From a candidate division WWE3 bacterium (GTDB lineage Bacteria > Patescibacteriota > WWE3 > UBA101185 > UBA10185), in contig WJKK01000001.1 in the NCBI GenBank assembly GCA_014729135.1, positions 260,588-324,587 of the forward strand: a stretch of 64,000 nt of DNA, read 5' to 3'. Both the position numbers and the translations under genes were made by a program. Positions 61,442 through 64,000 of this stretch are shown here, piece after piece. Numbering within the stretch: the stretch's first letter is position 1; every line of letters begins with the position of its first letter. The notes under the pieces are model-generated. The model saw only the letters and a program-made list of their open reading frames with translations. It was not told the origin of the DNA and ran no database searches.

Positions 61442-62556
61442 TACATTCCTGCTAAAATCTCGTGTAGACCGCGATCTTCAATTTTAAATAATTCGTCACT
61501 AATCCCTGAAATATTTTTATATATAGGTATATCTGCAGTTGAAATATAGTATTTTGGAATATCTTGGTATCCAAGATCACGCAGTTTCTTTAAAACACAT
61601 CCGACAAACATATTTATTGCAATATAAAAATGGGGGTCATTCTTAGTTGTAATATCCTCTGTATCGTTGAATACAAAGTCTGTTGTTGAAACTACATTAC
61701 CATGAATAATTCGATGCCTTAGTTTATAGAATTCTTCAGCCCATATTTCCGGTAAAGATAAGTTAAGATTTCTAATTACAGCTCCTGTCTGCGTGTGAAC
61801 TTCGGGATAAGAGTATTTTTGCTCTGAGCTGGGATCACGTGAAACGTAATTTAAAATATTACTTCTAAAATTTGATCTGCTTGATTCCCCAAATAGTAAC
61901 TCAAAGGCCATTATGAGATTTAGTATTCTTGTATGCATTGGTATTTCAGTAGTATTTTTGTATGTGTAAAAGAAAGGTCCTAGGGAATTGTAAATATTTG
62001 CTTTGTCCAAATTAGTTTCCCGATCTTTGTATAAATCTAAAAGCGCGCTAAGGGTAGGAATATCAAAATTCACAGGTTGGTTTGCTACATGTATGTATTC
62101 TGGTTTTTGAAATTGAATTTCATCCATAGTATATCCACCGGTTGATATACCATGAATTGCACCAGCCTGGGTAGAAATCCCAGTATTTCCTATCTGGAAT
62201 CTCTGGTAATAGCTCAAAAAATTATCGCTGGTTATAAAATTCCATGAATTCATTTTTAATATAGAAGGTATAAGTAGTGCCTGTTTTGTGTATTCAATTT
62301 TATCTATTGTCTTTTTGTAGATATTTGGAAACTCATATCTGTAATTAGTTATAATGGTTGGATTTTCTATGCTTCTACCACTGACGTACGTATATGTTTG
62401 AAGAATTTTTTCAAGATGTGTCTTTAAAGCGGTATCACTTATATTTTTATCCTTATATTTATGAAAAGGCCAAATTCTTAAGTTATCAAACCCAATCTCA
62501 CCATTTAAATATAAGTAAGGTAATATTGTGACTGTATTGTAATTTCTTGTTGGCAT
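61441..62556 (-). CDS. hypothetical protein with a HEPN-like Rx4H motif (Abi-like?)
   Basis: No recognised domain except KLRHRIIHGN near the C-terminus (R-x4-H); ends 1 nt from the HNH gene. Confidence 0.3.
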   Translation of the reverse strand: MPTRNYNTVTILPYLYLNGEIGFDNLRIWPFHKYKDKNISDTALKTHLEKILQTYTYVSGRSIENPTIITNYRYEFPNIYKKTIDKIEYTKQALLIPSILKMNSWNFITSDNFLSYYQRFQIGNTGISTQAGAIHGISTGGYTMDEIQFQKPEYIHVANQPVNFDIPTLSALLDLYKDRETNLDKANIYNSLGPFFYTYKNTTEIPMHTRILNLIMAFELLFGESSRSNFRSNILNYVSRDPSSEQKYSYPEVHTQTGAVIRNLNLSLPEIWAEEFYKLRHRIIHGNVVSTTDFVFNDTEDITTKNDPHFYIAINMFVGCVLKKLRDLGYQDIPKYYISTADIPIYKNISGISDELFKIEDRGLHEILAGM

Positions 62557-62635
62557 ACCAATAAAAAACCCACGCTAAACTAAAGCATGGGCAGTTACTT
62601 TCTGCATCTATTCTAGTAGAAACATCAACGGAGTG

Positions 62636-62866
62636 CTATTTCTTGCTTGAAGAAACCGTAATTTTAGGCTTTTCTTTTTCTATTTTTGGATGTTTTTTAA
62701 GGAATTCCTTGTTCTCATAGACAAAAAACACTGTGCAGTAAATAGCCCCACTAGAATCTTTAAGCTGGCTGGCCTTCAAAAATCCAGTTCTTACGTATTT
62801 TCCTCTAGTTGCAGGATGAACACCGTGTTTTAAGGCATAAAAGTACTGAAAACATAAGATTAGCAT
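62636..62866 (-). CDS. small hypothetical protein
   Basis: 76-aa ORF; unrecognised. Confidence 0.2.
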   Translation of the reverse strand: MLILCFQYFYALKHGVHPATRGKYVRTGFLKASQLKDSSGAIYCTVFFVYENKEFLKKHPKIEKEKPKITVSSSKK

Positions 62867-62914
62867 TAAAGTGTATAAATAAAGCCCTTTACCTGCATAA
62901 TAGAAGCATTCTCC

Positions 62915-63736
62915 CTAGTCCTGTGTCTTCTTGATACCTGTTGTGAAAAGGTATAGAGGATAAAAGGAGTATTTTGTAAGTTCTGGATATTTTCCTAATA
63001 CCTTATCATCCTTTAGTAAAGGTTCTTCTGTTTTTACTTTATTAAATCCTACTTGCTCAAATATTTGTTTGTACCTTTCAATAGGTCTCATATAATAGGT
63101 TAAAGGTCCTACCGTTTTATTAAGATACACCTCAAACTGCCGTTCTTTAGTAATATCCTTTGTTAATACATACTTAGGTTTGTCTGTATCTAGGTTCTCC
63201 CAATAACCTACATGAAAAGTATTAGGGTTAATACTTGATGTAACAAAAGTTCCTCCTGGTTTTAAGATTCTAAACATTTCTTTTGCGATGGTGCTCAAGT
63301 CCACTACCCAATGAAACATAAGTGAGGAAATTACTAAGTCAAAGCTATTGTTTTCAAAGGGTAGTTCATGACAGTCCGCTGGAATCAGTTCTATAGCGTC
63401 TTTTTCTATGGCAGTTTCCTCTAGCATATTTGGAAGATCCATTCCCACTAAATTACAATTCTTACAAATAAAGCTTAACTTATTCAACATATAACCATCT
63501 CCACACCCTATGTCTAATATCCTTTTGTTAGTTAAGTCTGGCAGTAAAGAAAAGAAGAAAGGGTCATGGTAAAGCTTCTTAGTTAAGTTGATTTCATTTG
63601 CGGAATTAGGATCTATGCTCTTGACATAAATTTGACTAACTTCCTTATCTTCCCAACTTTTTTTACTCATATAACTGAAAGGTAGATTAATATCTATCTC
63701 GAAAGGAATTTTGAATTTTTGACATAAAACCGCCAA
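62915..63736 (-). CDS. class I SAM-dependent methyltransferase (true start possibly Met at 63670)
   Basis: Motif I ILDIGCGDGYM, motif post-I GMDL, motif II/III region; 273 aa. Confidence 0.75.
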   Translation of the reverse strand: MAVLCQKFKIPFEIDINLPFSYMSKKSWEDKEVSQIYVKSIDPNSANEINLTKKLYHDPFFFSLLPDLTNKRILDIGCGDGYMLNKLSFICKNCNLVGMDLPNMLEETAIEKDAIELIPADCHELPFENNSFDLVISSLMFHWVVDLSTIAKEMFRILKPGGTFVTSSINPNTFHVGYWENLDTDKPKYVLTKDITKERQFEVYLNKTVGPLTYYMRPIERYKQIFEQVGFNKVKTEEPLLKDDKVLGKYPELTKYSFYPLYLFTTGIKKTQD

Positions 63737-64000
63737 TTTTTATGCTTGTAACCATCTTCATAGTCGCCAATTCCCACTCGTTTATCTGTTTCTACTTCAA
63801 AGTTTACAAAATCCCCTAAATCGCAAATTATTATATCAGAGGTCCTTAAATTTTGCCCATAGTTTTTTTTAGTTATATTTAATGCTTGTGTAATTTTTGC
63901 AGGACCGCTTAAAAGATTAGCTGGCTTTTCAGTACCTCTGCGTCTTTTAATTTCCTCTATTCCAAAGATTGGCTTGATGGCTCTAATTAGGGTTACGTTG
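63694..64000 (-). CDS. DNA-3-methyladenine glycosylase (MPG/AAG family), C-terminal part; the gene continues beyond the window end
   Basis: Manual minus-strand translation is open to position 64000: ...LSGPAKITQALNITKKNYGQNL ... KRVGIGDYEDGYKHKNWRFYVKNSKF, matching MPG family GP.KL.QAL.I and PLRFYV motifs; stop at 63694-63696. Confidence 0.6.
   Translation of the reverse strand, partial: NVTLIRAIKPIFGIEEIKRRRGTEKPANLLSGPAKITQALNITKKNYGQNLRTSDIIICDLGDFVNFEVETDKRVGIGDYEDGYKHKNWRFYVKNSKFLSR

Noticed and set aside
62636-62866. ribosomal protein L31/L33-like small ORF
   Set aside because: There is only superficial resemblance (GVHP...). No zinc-ribbon cysteines or a conserved L31 motif are present.
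1-64000. CRISPR arrays, rRNA genes, transposases or integrases
   Set aside because: No regularly spaced direct repeats, rRNA-like conserved segments, or DDE/tyrosine-recombinase-like ORFs were seen in the window.

Overview
This 64 kb window is a low-GC (roughly 40%), tightly packed, bidirectionally coded bacterial chromosome segment. Its gene content suggests, by inference only, a small-genome Patescibacteria/CPR-type lineage: an archaeal-type TyrRS, a short AlaRS lacking the C-Ala domain, FemAB paralogs, a DUF4012-like fusion protein, and DUF4143 AAA ATPases.

Housekeeping genes recognised:
- tRNA threonylcarbamoyladenosine genes: tsaE and a short tsaB-like ORF.
- Aminoacyl-tRNA synthetases alaS, tyrS, lysS and serS, plus tRNA-Tyr(GUA) and tRNA-Glu(CUC).
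- groES-groEL with a CIRCE operator.
- secA, greA, rmuC, orn, rnhA, uppP, pepF, a PepT-like M20 peptidase and an Hsp20 small heat-shock protein.

Envelope and glycan genes: an NAD-dependent epimerase, a GT2 glycosyltransferase, an O-antigen-ligase-like membrane protein, a Wzz-like protein, a PEGA/SH3b protein, a VanW-family protein, two FemAB-family transferases and a large epimerase-like/DUF4012-like fusion protein. An ABC-2 exporter (two permeases plus an ATPase) is also present.

Accessory, toxin-antitoxin and defence-like genes:
- A PIN toxin directly downstream of an oligoribonuclease that carries a C-terminal tail.
- An AbiEii-like toxin with a small partner ORF.
- A cluster of a HEPN-motif protein, an HNH endonuclease and an ANT(2'')-like nucleotidyltransferase.
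- NYN, GNAT and 2H-phosphoesterase-like genes, and a partial 3-methyladenine glycosylase at the window end.

The most interesting finding is two T-box riboswitch leaders. Each is followed by a conspicuously GC-rich block of genes (an estimated 55-58% GC by eye), and the nearest aminoacyl-tRNA synthetase further downstream on the same strand is tyrS in one case and lysS in the other. The first block (14.6-15.9 kb) encodes a small ORF and an alkaline-phosphatase-superfamily enzyme; the second (43.7-45.0 kb) encodes an ATP-grasp enzyme. In each leader a candidate specifier codon, UAC for the first and AAA for the second, occupies the same register of the Stem I loop.

Other oddities:
- A third GC-rich mini-island encoding two tandem small hydrophobic peptides with strong Shine-Dalgarno sequences.
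- A 25-nt identical in-frame insert shared by alaS and the DUF4012-like fusion gene.
- A (GTAA)5 repeat that splits a metallo-beta-lactamase-fold gene with an in-frame TAA.
- A hairpin-dense intergenic region at about 60.0-60.25 kb.

No CRISPR array, rRNA gene or obvious transposase was seen.
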